Shown: piece by piece, positions 63,612 through 64,000 of the stretch | Layout of the letters: every line of letters begins with the position of its first letter | How positions within the stretch are numbered: position 1 is the stretch's first letter | NCBI GenBank assembly: GCA_964585065.1 | Contig: CAZPCB010000002.1 | Coordinates: forward strand, 68,886 to 132,885 | DNA: 64,000 nucleotides | Direction of reading: 5' to 3' | Source: an uncultured Candidatus Saccharibacteria bacterium | GTDB taxonomy: Bacteria > Patescibacteriota > Minisyncoccia > SW-4-49-11 | Translations under genes and position numbers: made by a program | Notes under the pieces: model-generated | What the model saw: the letters and a program-made list of their open reading frames with translations, nothing else | Databases searched by the model: none | Told to the model about the DNA's origin: nothing

Positions 63612-64000
63612 ATGAAGAAGAAAATTGTTATCTTAGACAGTAATGCGGTAATTCACCGAGCTTATCATGCTCTGCCTCCTTTTACTACAGCGGAGGGAGT
63701 AATGGTAAATGCAGTATATGGATATGCCAAATTATTATTAAAAGTAATAAAAGATATTAAGCCAGATATTGTATTAGCAGCTTTTGATGTGGCAGGAGGT
63801 ACATTTCGCCATGAGCAATTCGATGATTATAAGGCAAATCGGGTAGCGGCAGATCAGGATTTATATGATCAAATCCCTTTGGTACAGGAATTAGTAAGGG
63901 GACTTGATATACCTGTCTTGGAACTCGCAGGCTATGAGGCGGATGATATTATTGGAACTATTGCCGAGCAAACCAATAGAAGTAAGAATGAATTGGTAAT
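63612..64000 (+). CDS. polA: DNA polymerase I, N-terminal 5'-3' exonuclease domain (partial, continues beyond window)
   Basis: MKKKIVILDSNAVIHRAYHALPPF...LAAFDVAGGTFRHEQFDDYKANR...LELAGYEADDIIGT (FEN/5'-nuclease metal-binding motifs). Confidence 0.8.
   Translation, partial: MKKKIVILDSNAVIHRAYHALPPFTTAEGVMVNAVYGYAKLLLKVIKDIKPDIVLAAFDVAGGTFRHEQFDDYKANRVAADQDLYDQIPLVQELVRGLDIPVLELAGYEADDIIGTIAEQTNRSKNELV

Overview
This is an AT-rich, small-gene, low-redundancy bacterial window that looks like a Patescibacteria/CPR genome. The genetic code is standard: TGA ends the conserved LOG gene, TAG ends the DUF59 gene, and no conserved gene is interrupted.

Housekeeping content:
- Translation and RNA processing: IF-2/RbfA, TypA/BipA, S15-PNPase, NrdR, DnaJ, KsgA, a SpoU-type RNA methyltransferase, G6PDH, RNase HI and YvcK.
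- DNA repair and recombination: MutS/MutL, PcrA, RuvC, YebC, and the start of PolA.
- A complete infA-rpmJ-rpsM-rpsK-rpsD-rpoA-rplQ-rplM-rpsI block.
- A SUF Fe-S cluster (sufB, short sufD, sufS, sufU, sufC, DUF59).
- Seven tRNAs (Cys, Arg, His, Asp, Ala, Leu-TAA and Leu-TAG).
- Many rho-independent terminators and a few good sigma70-like promoters.

Accessory content worth a second look:
1. A long minus-strand operon at 42930-49122. It encodes a 7TM protein, then a RimK-like ATP-grasp ligase fused to a retropepsin-like protease, then a DUF1704/MATCAP-like HExxH (QEGGA) metallopeptidase. This looks like a C-terminal amino-acid ligation/trimming system; the peptidase partner has only recently been characterised in eukaryotes, and I am not aware of any bacterial representative having been characterised.
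2. A roughly 3.3 kb low-GC island at 54286-57679, bracketed by a diverged ghost copy of the DUF59 gene's 3' end. It carries a Cys-rich polyQ secreted protein and Ile-rich membrane proteins.
3. Three type IV pilin-like paralogs with a shared N-terminal module and unrelated C-terminal domains: Gly-rich, a roughly 20-repeat delta-60-like beta-propeller, and a roughly 340 aa globular domain.
4. A VirB4-like conjugation ATPase split by a single in-frame TAG.
5. A perfect palindrome, TGTTCCAYRTGGAACA, occurring three times (one copy inside an O-antigen-ligase-like gene).
6. A tandem LOG-LOG fusion protein.
7. A GC-rich multi-hairpin element after tRNA-Asp.

No CRISPR array, transposase or integrase was seen.
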